A stretch of DNA of 64,000 nucleotides from NCBI GenBank assembly GCA_013239625.1, contig MU053487.1, positions 2,253,058-2,317,057 on the forward strand, in the 5' to 3' direction. The first letter of the stretch is position 1. Every line of letters begins with the position of its first letter. Both the position numbers and the translations under genes were made by a program. This document shows positions 39,101-46,857 of this stretch, piece by piece. The stretch comes from Lama guanicoe. Its lineage: Eukaryota. The notes under the pieces were generated by a model. The model did not search any database. It saw nothing but the letters and a program-made list of their open reading frames with translations, and had not been told where the DNA came from.

Positions 39101-42100
39101 ATAACCTTCCGTCGGCCCATTCAGGTTATTTTCATAGCAAACAGGAATACTTTCTCGACGTATTGGAAGAATACATGCAAAAAAAATCAGAGGGAAGTGC
39201 ACAAATCACATAAAACACATAATACATATGCAGGGAAATCTCTACGGATAGCAACCCAGAAAACTTAAGAAGTCCGAAGCAAAACTGGAAAGTTGCAACA
39301 GCCTTGAGGGATTTGTGCAAAAAGACCCAGCTGTTTTTACAAAGGCCTGAGCCACCAAAGCTTCCCAAATGCTTTCTAATGTAAAAACCAGTTTCATTCA
39401 AACAAAAGTAAGCCACAAACACCCTATAATTATCTCCCCAGAAGCCTCAGTCCCCAGGAGCCATTCAAATAAAAATCACATGCACTTTTAAAAGAAAGAA
39501 AGAGGGCCCTCCTCCCCCCCTCCCCCCCCCCCCCCCCCCCCCCACCCCCCCCCCCCCCCCCCAAACCGCTNNNNNNNNNNNNNNNNNNNNNNNNNNNNNN
39601 NNNNNNNNNNCCCGCCCCGCTCCAGACTTACTGCCCATGGTGGTAAAGAATCCCACCAGGAAATCAGCAACCTGGGTCTGGTCCAGGCTGCGCTGCACGA
39701 GTCTCAGGCCGTCAAAAAACATGCGAGCAGCTTCGTAAGGCTGGAGCAAACGCAGCAAAGAATAACCAGCTCGGTAATATCCCTGGAACGAAAGAAAAAA
39801 AAAAGGCAACACCATATACACCCATTTCTTCTCAAGGCTCACAGCATGATGGAGAAAGGCTGGAGGAGGCGCACTTCTGGGCAAACACAGATGTCTAACA
39901 AGCTCTGGTTACAGGTTTTCCTGTATTGTATTCTGTGCCACACTGTTCTTGTTATTTTTCAACTGGCAAGAAAATAATCACTTTCCAATCCATGACATAT
40001 GCTAACTAAAAATTGGCAACTGCCACCTGCCTCTACAAGGATGGGTCACGTTGGCACTTGCCATCTAACTCTGCTTGGACTAAACTGTGAGCTGCTGCAG
40101 AAAGGAGTTCAGGATGGAGGTCAGGAATGAGGCGCTCTGTGCTCTGGGAAAGCTGGCTGAACAGAATTTCCCATCTCTCTGCCTTTCTCAGATCCAAATT
40201 TTTTTTAACAACTTTATTGTGGTATGATTCCTATACAATAAACTACACATATTTCAGATGTATAGTTTGATGAATTTTTATAGATGTATACACCCATGAA
40301 ACCACCACCACAATCAAGATAGCTAACATTGCCATCGTTCCCCAAGAGGTACAAATTCTGAGCCCCCAATTTATCCCTTCCCACCCCCTTTAGCCCCTGG
40401 AAACCATAAGTTTATTCTCTGGGTCTGTAAGTCTGTTCCTCAGATCCAAGTTTTATCTTTTGTTTTGGAGGAAGATGAAGAGGACCAGAATACACCACCC
40501 CCAAATGTGACACTTTGGTAAAAAGATTATTTTGAGCTGAAGGCATCTGAGATTCAATGGATGCAGAAAGAAGTCTTCCTGGAGCTTCCGTTCTCTGACT
40601 AAAAAGCAGAAACTCCAAGAAATGAGGACTGCCATAAATCTCCTCTCCCGGGGAACCCTCATGCCACAAAAAAGACAGAGTGATGCCAAGATGGATCAGG
40701 GCAAGCCAACCTTGCTGAGACAGCCCTCATTTTCCATTCATTTCCCCCATATATTTACCTTCCCTCAGTTCACAGCCCCTAAAAATCTAAAAACCCTTCC
40801 CTCGGTCTTGTCTCTTCTCTGCAATTTATCCTCTTTGTTAAAAAACTTCTCTGAGGTCTTCACTTCTTGTCTAGGAAGGCCTGAGTCACATAATAATATC
40901 AAATAAAATTTGTATGCTTTCCTTCTGTTAATTTGTCTCTTGTCAGCTTAGTTTGCAGGGCCTCAGGCACTGAACAAAAGAGTATAGAGGAAAGTTTGTC
41001 TTTCTTCCCTACAGAGGACACTTGTGGGAGGGCTGGGCCGAGCAAGAGATGGAGAGGGAGACACCCAGGAGTTCCAGGTAAGAATGCAGAGGGGTCCTAT
41101 GCTGTGTGTCAGCAGCTGCTACAGGTCAGAACACTCAAAGAGGAAACCGGGAGCATCATCCAGGACCCTCTGGGTCCCCTGGCCACAGCCATACCCTCCA
41201 CCTGAGGGATGTGGGCAAACACCAAACACTCCCCACTCCATCCCAGTTGGAGAATGGAGACAATCCTAAAATGCCTTTGGGGAGAATTCCTCAGGAATAC
41301 AGTCCCATTTTCAAAACTATTCAATAATTTCTAGCGTATCCACCCTCCAATAGAAGAGGTTTAATTTTAAATATACAGTGCCCTCCCTTCAGGTCAAACA
41401 CCCCCTACTTTCCACTGTGTTCTGTTTCTAGCAGTCATCCATGAACCACAGACCACGCAGATATAATACACACTCTTATTTACTGAGTGTCAACAACTTC
41501 ATGCCTCCTTTTTTCCTGAAGCAACTCTAAGACACTGGGATTCTCTCATTTTTACAGTTGGGGAAATGACGGCTTATCGAGAGAAAACTCACTCATCCAA
41601 GTGCTTGAAATCAGCACACGGCAGGGCATGGGGGAGAAAGGGCTGTACTATTCCCATTTCATCATGGATGCAGCGTCTCTATAAACTGTCTGTATCACGA
41701 ATTTGACATTCCGCTGCCTCAGTTGGCTCAAGAAATGCAATTTAAATGAAGGCCTCAGATATTTCGGGTATGTTTTTCCTCTCCCCGCTTGAATCACTCA
41801 AGGACTGGGCTGCTGTCTTCCACATCCTCTGTCTGCCTTAGGGCATCAAGAAGGTGCCTTGCAGAGCTGCCACTCAGAGCATCCTGGCTGAAAAGATGAT
41901 CAAATGACCACCTATTGACCTTTGTTAACCACCTTAAAGGGGCTTGCTGGCCTCTCAAACTTCCCAGATCCCTCCAGAAGGGCTGATTTCTGCTGTAAGG
42001 AATGCTTTCTGAAGAACTCCACACAGCTTGTATTTGGAATAAAGCTTTGCTGAAATGAAACTTGCAAACAGCAAAGAACAGGAACAGACGATTAATTCTG

Positions 42101-45100
42101 GTGCAACTACATCAGAATAAAATGAGCTTCACTGGGGTCTCCACCAGACTCCAGCCGCCAAAATGCTCCGCTCTGCTCATCCCTGCAAATGCCTTTCAAG
42201 ATTTGGCCACCATTTTTCTTACTCTTCTCCGGATTCTGCTCACAGGCTCTGTGCGCATCTGTCTCAGGTGCAAAGAGAGTTGAATGAGAAGCACTCCTGG
42301 CATTTCCTTTTCAAAAAGAAGGAAGGGAAGGAGGCAGAAGAGGAAGGAGGCAGCGCTGTCTCCATACCTTCACGTAGGTTGGATCCCACTGGAGACATTC
42401 CTTGGCAGCCTCGTATGCGTCATTCCACTTCCCAAGGCTGTAAAACGCGTTGGATTTGTGGCACAGCAGCACAGCCAAGTCCCTGGGGGGAACCCTGTGA
42501 GGTAGGACAAATGGGTGGTCGGTAAACGGTTCTATCTTTCCATAAATACAGAACACCGTCCCTGAAGGCCACCACTCTGGTGCCAGCTGCTGCCACCACG
42601 ATGGGGTTTCAGCAGGAAATGTCCCAGTTATGCCTATCACATCTGACCCTTGTAGCCTAGAAAGACTGGGGCGTCTGCAATGTCCCGATCTCCCTTCCTC
42701 ACTCCCGCCTTTTAATGACTGATGTTCTCAACACCTTGGGTCCACCTCCTACGGACCTCCACCGGTCTTTTTATTCTTTAGAGACCATCAGTGAACATGC
42801 TGCAGAAAACGTGACTGGTCCTAAGGATGGAGAGGACAGGAGTTCCCACCGAGCCTGCACAGAGTGCAGACTCCGTGTGAGCCACCCCACATGCACGCTT
42901 GGGCGGACTGGAGGCAGAGCTTATCAGAATGGGACCACACTGTCCCACGGACCCCGGTGAGAGATGCAGGATGAGCACTGCTCTATTAGACAGACAGGGC
43001 CACCTGACCGTGGGCCAGGACCCAGGGCCAGCACGCAAATAGAGGCTCACACACCGTATGGCTAATTTACTGTCCGATATGGTAGTCACTGGCCATGCGT
43101 AGTAATTTAAATTTAAATCAATTAAAATAAAGTAACATTTAAAATTCCTCAGTTCCTGAATGGAGCACCTGTCAAGGACTCAATAGCCACATTCTCTCTT
43201 ATAGAACAGATTCGTTGTCTCAGAAAGTCCTATTGGACAGCGCTAGTCTTAAGTATTTGAAGGCCATGCATCAAGTTTAGAAATGTAAATAAAAATGTTC
43301 TCTCCTTCTACTTTATAAGAACTGAAAGGCAAGCTTCAAGTTTGGAACTGCAGGCACTGCGTCAGGGCAGGGTGAGCCGGGCCTGTGCCCCTGCCCTCTC
43401 CCTCTTCTCTTTCCATCTCAGCCTTCATCCTGCACTGCAGGAGGAACAATTCCAAGCTCTGTCCACGCCCCTGACCTTGGCCAGCCCTCTGAAGAATAGG
43501 CTGTGGGGAAGAGGTCCGTGCAGGCCCTAGGAGCAGGGTCCAGGGGCAGAAATTCCTGGGTCCATGCAACAGTAGTGCAGACCAAAGGGAACGCAAGGAC
43601 TCTGGGTGGGTAAAGCCCCTAGTCCCATACCCTGCCTGTGGGGAGGGTACAGCTGGGGGAAGGCCAAAGCGGGCCTCGAAAGCAGGGCAGGGCAGGGGCC
43701 CTCTTCTCTGGGTCTAGGGGTCATGCAGCTGCAAGATGAGTGCTGAAACACAAATATACCACAGGAAAACACAAAATATACCACAATATGTCAACAGAAG
43801 CCCAGGTGCTAATGAATTAAAGACACACAAGATGCAAAAGCAAGGCTTACGTTTCTTAAAAAAAAAACAACTTTAATTGTAAAAATAATACAAATAGAAA
43901 ACATAGGTGATACAAATACCCACAAAAATAAAGTAAAATTCCCCTCTACTGCGTCCCCACCCACAGTGCTCTGTGTATCGGGCTCCTCACACTGCCCACC
44001 CCTCCCTCGAGGTGAAGGAGGAGGACCTAGAAGCACAGGAGGAGCAGTGAGGCCGTCAGCGGGTGGCTGACAAAAGAACTATGACCTCAGTGTGGAGCTG
44101 AGGATACCCTGGCCAGTGCAGCCGTCCCCAGCAGAAATGAAGTGTTGGCTGCAACCAGGGGCTCCCAGGGCCTCATGCTCCAGAGATTTATCCTCAGGCT
44201 AATGGGAGCTGCCATCTCCCCAGGAAGTTACATCCCTCTTACGGACTGTGTCCTGCTCCAAAATTCATATTTGAAGCCCTGGCCCCCAGTGTGATAATAT
44301 TTGGAGATGGGGGCCTTTGGGGAAGTGATTAGGTGTACATAAGTCATAAGAAGTGGGCTTCACAGTAGGATTAGGGCTCTTATAAGAAGAGACACCAGAG
44401 AGTTTCCATTCTCTCCCCCTCCCCCCGCACCGGGTGAGGATGCAGTGAGAACGTGGCCGTCTGCAAACTAGGAAGAGGGCACTTACCAGGAACTGAATTG
44501 ACTGGCACCTGGACCTCGAACTTCCCAGCCTCTAGAATTGTGAGAGTAAATTCCTGTTGTTTATTCCACCCAGTCAATGGTATTTTGTTACTGCAGCCCG
44601 AGCTGACTAATCCAGCCCAGCTCCCGCGGACAACCCCTGGGGACCAGACAGCCTACAAATGATGACTGACTGACATGGAAATCAAAAGGTCAGTTCAGCT
44701 TCCTTGTCCTCAAGTGAGACCAGCTCTGCTGTACGATGCAGGCTCCAGAGCTCCCCGGGGATCAGGATGAGGCTGACTTCAGCTGGGATACCACCCTTGC
44801 TTAGAGCCTTCCCGCCCCACCCAGCCCCATCCGGCTTTCCTCAGTCCCCTTCTCCTGAGAGCACTTGCTCTGGGAACCACATGCACCCAAATCCCTGTGT
44901 CAGCTGGAGTGGCAGGAAGGCCCAGGGAATGGTGTCAGGAAGGTCCCATGAAAGGCAATATTTGAGGGTGCAGGCAGATGTCCCGTTAGCAATCAGGCAG
45001 CTGGGAAGCGGGGGAGCTGAGATTTGAGCACTCCCAGTGTGGGGTCAGTCTGTGGTCACAACCACTACACGACACTACCTTTTTAAGGAAGGTCACTGTT

Positions 45101-46857
45101 TTCCCCTGAATGAGGAGCTCTAGGCCCAGCTCTGACACAGCTGTGATCTGAACCAGGAAGGGCAGAAGGAAAGAACTATAGGCCCAGGCCAATGACAGCC
45201 AATTCAAGTCCCCCTGGAGTAGAGACACCAAGGTGACAGGAGGGAGGTGATAGGAGCCATGTTTCATGAATTTAACCCAGTGCCATTTCTCAGCACAAGT
45301 TTAGGCTGCGTGCACCCTATCAGTGCCCACCTCTGCTTCCTCTACTACAGGTGTCCCCGAAGGATGATCTGGGAATCTCTGAGGGTCCCCAAGACCATTT
45401 CAGGTGGTCCAAAAGGTCAGAATACCTTCACAACTGTAGTTGGCTGAATAATGCTCCCCCCAATAATGTTTCCTTTTAGGGGACTTTGGAGATGTGATTA
45501 GCTTAAGGATCTTGAGGGGAGGAGATCATCCTGGATTCTGATACAGTCACAAGGGTCCTTATAAAGGGAGACAGAGGGAGACATGGCCACAGCAGAGGAG
45601 AAGGAGACGTGATGAAAGAAGCAGAGACTGGAAGGATGCATTTTGAGGGTGGAGCAAAGGACCACAGACTAGGGAATACAGGTGTCTGTCACCTGAGGGT
45701 GAAAGCAGCCAGGAAACTGCTCCTCCACAAGGAAACAGCCCTGCCGACGCCTGGATTTTAGCCTCATGAGAGCCATTTCAGACCTCTGACCTCCAGAACT
45801 GTCAGATAGTAAATCTGTATTGTTTTAAGCCACTCAGTTTGTGGTCATTTCTCATAGCAACAACAGTCAACGAATCCAACAATACCAAGACAGTATGTGC
45901 CTTTTTCATGCTCGTTCTCTGCCATGGGGACGGGGAGCTTTGCAGAAGCTATCTGACATGTGACGCCACAACAGACTCAATGCTGAAGCAGATGTGAGAA
46001 GCCAGATGTCTTGTGGTGAGACACGCATTCAAGAGATTAGCAAAACTGTAAAATAAAACTCTTCTCACTAAGTTTTTGGTTGTGAAAAATACCCTCATTT
46101 TTCATTAAAATGTTACTTATGTTAACATGTCATGGGTTTATTACTGATATTTAAAAAGAGGTAAATCAATGCATATTTTAAATTGTTCTCAGTTTTAAGT
46201 TCTCATACAGACTCTACCGATAGCTGTGACCTACATCAACAAAAGCTCTTTGGGGTCCTCCACAATTAGTAAGCAGACCATGATACTGACCTGTTTGGGA
46301 GCAGGTCTGCCAGCAGTAAAGGGGCAGGGGATGGGGGGAGCTTTAGTTCCAGTCGTGTGCCCTGGGGCAGGGTTGTTGATGGATAAACAAGATGCAAATG
46401 AATGACAACTGAGGGGTCCGGGACTTCAGTTATCCCAAGAACTCTGATCCTGGAACCAGACAGAAGGGGAAGTTTTGCAATATTTATCAACAGTCTTCTG
46501 TGTTTCACTTTCTATTTCCTGAATTCCTCCAGTAGTCTCCGTTCAGCTTCTGAGCTGACAATGCAGAGAATATGAACAGAAAGCAGGAGAGAAGGGGTGG
46601 TGACGGGGAAAAGAAAACAGAAACTAGGTGGTGTGATATGAAAAGAGAAGCAAACAAAAGCAAGCGAGTGAGTCTCCCTTGACTTAAAAAAAATTGAAAG
46701 GCGGGGAGAAAATCCAAACACTTACCCCCACTGGAACAACTGCATGAGAATCTGGATGGCTTCATCATACTTTCTGATGGCCAAAGAGAAGTTCCCGTTC
46801 TTAAACACCTGGTTGCCAGATTCTTTCAACAGCTCAGCGTAAGCTATGGGGTCCATC
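1..46857 (-). CDS. TRANK1: TRANK1, spliced partial CDS (19 exons in window, ~5.4 kb coding; 3' part runs off the window start, probable first exon lies beyond the window end)
   Basis: Exons with GT-AG boundaries join in frame without stops; translation matches recalled TRANK1 sequence (VPPRDLAVLLC, GDTPLHAALH, GRSGTGKTT, DEIQD, KGLEF, LYTAITRAR, VAAKCYQKGG). Confidence 0.97.
140..243 (-). CDS. TRANK1: TRANK1 exon w18 (104 nt): VAAKCYQKGGALEKEKLALAHNTALNMKSKKVSP
   Basis: Read manually; ttattccag acceptor, gtaaga donor. Confidence 0.95.
2092..2241 (-). mobile_element. tRNA-Ala-derived SINE (Vic-1-like)
   Basis: Reverse complement of a tRNA-like head (A box, CTTAGCATG, B box) plus the shared aaataaacctaattacctccc tail. 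Confidence 0.9.
2597..3248 (+). mobile_element. Young 5'-truncated L1 (ORF2 C-terminus, 3' UTR, poly-A) with 14-bp TSD
   Basis: Encodes TCTPMFIAALFTIAKTWKQPKCPS...WIKKMWYIYTMEYYSAIK; TSD aatgcaggatgatg at 2583-2596 and 3249-3262; TTTT/AAAA site. Confidence 0.95.
3422..3510 (-). CDS. TRANK1: TRANK1 exon w17 (89 nt): LDDSMFVKTSTPAEWIAQGDYYAKHQCWK
   Basis: Read manually; ttcattttag acceptor, AAG|gtaagg donor. Confidence 0.95.
3565..3905 (+). mobile_element. MaLR (MLT1-type) LTR
   Basis: Typical MLT motifs tttggagacagggtctttaaagag and atcttggacttccagcctccagaactgtgaga; boundaries approximate. Confidence 0.8.
4790..4909 (-). mobile_element. Vic-1-like SINE, internally deleted head
   Basis: ggtactgggggttgaacccaggacctcgtgcatgctaag plus tail. 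Confidence 0.85.
4982..5180 (-). mobile_element. L1 3' end fragment
   Basis: T-rich end then ggttattacaagatattgaa...ttccctgtgctatacag, complementary to the L1 3' UTR seen in other copies. Confidence 0.75.
6431..6587 (-). CDS. TRANK1: TRANK1 exon w16 (157 nt): LLNGELKQLYTAITRARVNLWIFDENPEKRAPAFKYFMRRDFVKVVKTDENK, helicase motif VI
   Basis: Read manually; ctctttag acceptor, AAG|gtcaga donor; LYTAITRAR motif. Confidence 0.96.
7684..7830 (-). CDS. TRANK1: TRANK1 exon w15 (147 nt): AYKEWKIISSFTPSSSESREESRPLIEMPLEKRSSSPGRHLTVNPEMYK
   Basis: Read manually; ttattcag acceptor, AAG|gtgatt donor. Confidence 0.94.
8546..8877 (+). mobile_element. hAT-Charlie non-autonomous element, MER58B-like
   Basis: Terminal inverted repeats cagggtctgtaaa ... 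tttgcagaccctg; internal sequence resembles MER58. Confidence 0.8.
11328..11465 (-). CDS. TRANK1: TRANK1 exon w14 (138 nt): VILVANEMAKEKIPEELGLALVLTVYEAKGLEFDDVLLYNFFTDSE, helicase motif V
   Basis: ttttcccctcag acceptor, GAG|gtatgt donor; KGLEF motif. Confidence 0.97.
11741..11894 (-). mobile_element. Vic-1-like SINE
   Basis: tRNA-Ala-like head and tail; 44 nt from the exon w13 donor. Confidence 0.9.
11938..12137 (-). CDS. TRANK1: TRANK1 exon w13 (200 nt): ILNLASGVIDLLKFYFPESFDRL...QPIEFGAHQ
   Basis: ttttatcccag acceptor, CAG|gtaagt donor. Confidence 0.96.
13180..13630 (+). mobile_element. Old L1M 3' fragment
   Basis: atgattccatttat...aaatgtccagaataggcaaatc...ggaattagatagtggt motifs; boundaries approximate. 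Confidence 0.75.
13885..14011 (+). mobile_element. Vic-1-like SINE with TSD
   Basis: Head plus tail; flanking ctaagaga(a/g)gaggtgg direct repeats. Confidence 0.92.
14757..14893 (+). mobile_element. Vic-1-like SINE
   Basis: gatatagctcagtggtagagtgtgtgcttagcatgcacgaggtcctgggttcaatcccc plus tail. Confidence 0.92.
16073..18979 (-). CDS. TRANK1: TRANK1 large exon w12 (2907 nt): last ankyrin repeats, linker, RelE-like candidate domain, SF1 helicase N-terminal half (Walker A 17385-17411, Walker B 16299-16313, GDTAQ, QNYRS)
   Basis: Core of the 1059-aa ORF; gtctttcag acceptor, CGG|gtatgt donor; length divisible by 3. Confidence 0.97.
17199..17243 (-). repeat. Coding (GAG/GAA)15 repeat, poly-Glu
   Basis: 15 consecutive Glu codons in exon w12. 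Confidence 0.95.
19106..19319 (+). mobile_element. MER20 (hAT-Charlie) DNA transposon, near full length
   Basis: cactgattctcaactgggggcgattt...ctaaacatcctacaatgcacagg...gagaaaccctg follows the recalled MER20 consensus with TIRs. Confidence 0.9.
19638..19814 (-). CDS. TRANK1: TRANK1 exon w11 (177 nt): SPEGLQGSQERPITTCLKHEDFELAFLLLTKGADPRGISLTEGDTPLHAALHIFLEIK, ankyrin
   Basis: ctctgccag acceptor, AAG|gtaggc donor; GADP and GDTPLH motifs. Confidence 0.96.
21375..21629 (-). CDS. TRANK1: TRANK1 exon w10 (255 nt): IPPDLVYDINRDCANTFIKFLLEKQRW...LLGHLIDHG
   Basis: ttttgaaag acceptor (AAG type), GAG|gtgagt donor; in frame. Confidence 0.93.
22102..22247 (+). mobile_element. Vic-1-like SINE
   Basis: tRNA-like head plus tail. 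Confidence 0.9.
22373..22531 (-). CDS. TRANK1: TRANK1 exon w9 (159 nt): LSNGEGPASESDIFRKASEQLVTYMNSGSRLQKNFLKQEVVQRFLRLLSSLQ
   Basis: ttttgcag acceptor, gtaact donor; in frame. Confidence 0.93.
24302..24500. mobile_element. MER33/MER3-type hAT element
   Basis: aaaatttcagttcctca...agccacacacatttcaagtgctca motif. Confidence 0.65.
27886..28056 (-). CDS. TRANK1: TRANK1 exon w8 (171 nt): QTEDVQMLLHFGADPTLLDRQSRSPVDVLKRNKNFKAIEKINSHLEKLAACSKDLS
   Basis: actctag acceptor, CAG|gtacag donor; VxxLLxxGADP ankyrin motif. Confidence 0.95.
28855..29470 (+). mobile_element. MaLR (MLT1-type) LTR
   Basis: tgtggtaggcagaatt start, gccagcaaaaaaaaggggaccttggtcctacaaccacaagaaactggattctgcc, ends acagcacagagaactaat. 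Confidence 0.75.
29490..29990 (+). mobile_element. Old L1M 3' fragment
   Basis: aatgttcataacagcattactcacaatagcc...gatgaaccttgaaaacatgatgctcagtgaaagaagccagacacaaaag. Confidence 0.85.
31008..31139 (-). CDS. TRANK1: TRANK1 exon w7 (132 nt): ENHLFRWLMDYKPEWKGRINQKDADGCTVLHVVAAHSPGYLIK, ankyrin
   Basis: ctccag acceptor, gtaagt donor; INxKDxDGxTVLH ankyrin motif. Confidence 0.95.
33142..33280 (-). CDS. TRANK1: TRANK1 exon w6 (139 nt): KYVFIGLYEKMEQVPRLVQWLISIGASVETIGPYPLHALMRLCIQA, ankyrin-like
   Basis: cccctag acceptor, gtgagt donor. Confidence 0.95.
33390..33745 (-). mobile_element. L1 3' end fragment
   Basis: T-rich end then L1 3' UTR complement; related to 60575-60885. Confidence 0.7.
33907..33990 (-). 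CDS. TRANK1: TRANK1 exon w5 (84 nt): SFLLLLARKDRLPRNIHVPELSLRSLFE
   Basis: ctctcttcag acceptor, GAG|gtaagg donor. Confidence 0.95.
36001..36256 (-). repeat. Compound (TTTC)n/(CCTT)n/(CCCT)n microsatellite attached to a ~35-nt L1 3' stub
   Basis: ~215-nt near-pure pyrimidine tract followed by aattgagttatagtcattttataatgttgtg; flanking direct repeat ctttac(a/g)tttcttt. Confidence 0.9.
36410..36494 (+). mobile_element. Vic-1-like SINE, short form with TSD
   Basis: Head only; flanked by aaaaagttat(t/c)ttg. Confidence 0.88.
36617..36735 (-). CDS. TRANK1: TRANK1 exon w4 (119 nt): DPIVLQSFSPCFDHIFTTGFSTEVWQSVIEKLAKKGLLH
   Basis: Not in the ORF track; read manually. ctttctttcag acceptor, CAT|gtaagt donor; phases 1 to 0 fit the neighbours. 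Confidence 0.95.
36906..36965 (-). mobile_element. Extremely 5'-truncated L1 stub with 12-bp TSD
   Basis: Poly-T plus gagttatagtcattttacaatgctgtgtcaaatt; TSD ggcaatcatctt at 36894-36905 and 36966-36977. Confidence 0.85.
37448..37600 (+). mobile_element. Vic-1-like SINE with TSD
   Basis: Head plus tail; flanked by tttccaaaaatcagt. Confidence 0.9.
37905..38180 (-). mobile_element. L1 3' end fragment
   Basis: gaagtatagttgatttacaa...gtgttagtttcaggtgtaca; complement of the 48010-48520 type. Confidence 0.8.
38199..38288 (+). mobile_element. Vic-1-like SINE, short form
   Basis: tRNA-like head plus poly-A. Confidence 0.88.
39009..39033. other. Assembly gap (25 N)
   Basis: N run followed by a G-rich tract. 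Confidence 0.99.
39571..39610. other. Assembly gap (40 N)
   Basis: N run preceded by a long poly-C tract. Confidence 0.99.
39632..39782 (-). CDS. TRANK1: TRANK1 exon w3 (151 nt): GYYRAGYSLLRLLQPYEAARMFFDGLRLVQRSLDQTQVADFLVGFFTTMG
   Basis: Poly-T tract plus ttccag acceptor, gtaagt donor; in frame. Confidence 0.95.
40476..41013 (+). mobile_element. Solo ERV1 LTR, MER34-like
   Basis: Starts TGaagaggaccagaatacaccacccccaaa...gattattttgagctgaagg, AATAAA near 40902, ends ttcttccctaCA. Confidence 0.78.
42368..42494 (-). CDS. TRANK1: TRANK1 exon w2 (127 nt): VPPRDLAVLLCHKSNAFYSLGKWNDAYEAAKECLQWDPTYVK, TPR
   Basis: tcacag acceptor, AAG|gtatgg donor; TPR pattern. Confidence 0.95.
43068..43245. mobile_element. 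MER33/MER3-type hAT element
   Basis: ctgtccgatatggtagtcactggccat ... tcctattggacagcgct inverted ends. Confidence 0.65.
44100..44905 (+). mobile_element. Old ERVL-type LTR (LTR16-like) interrupted by an MLT1-type LTR (~44238-44614)
   Basis: Inner element has MLT motifs (gtgataatatttggagatgggggcctttggg, ttcccagcctctagaattgtgaga); flanks resemble LTR16 from memory; boundaries approximate. Confidence 0.6.
45350..46265 (+). mobile_element. MER119-like hAT element interrupted by an MLT1-type LTR (45435-45878)
   Basis: gggtccccaagaccatttcagg... resumes aataccaagac... to aaaagctctttggggtcctc; inner LTR TG...CA flanked by acaac/acaat. Confidence 0.78.
46726..46857 (-). CDS. TRANK1: TRANK1 exon w1 (132 nt, phase 2-2): MDPIAYAELLKESGNQVFKNGNFSLAIRKYDEAIQILMQLFQWG, first TPR
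   Basis: Acceptor cctttcctccttgtcctcgcag, donor GG|gtaag; TPR consensus; joins in frame to w2. Confidence 0.88.
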
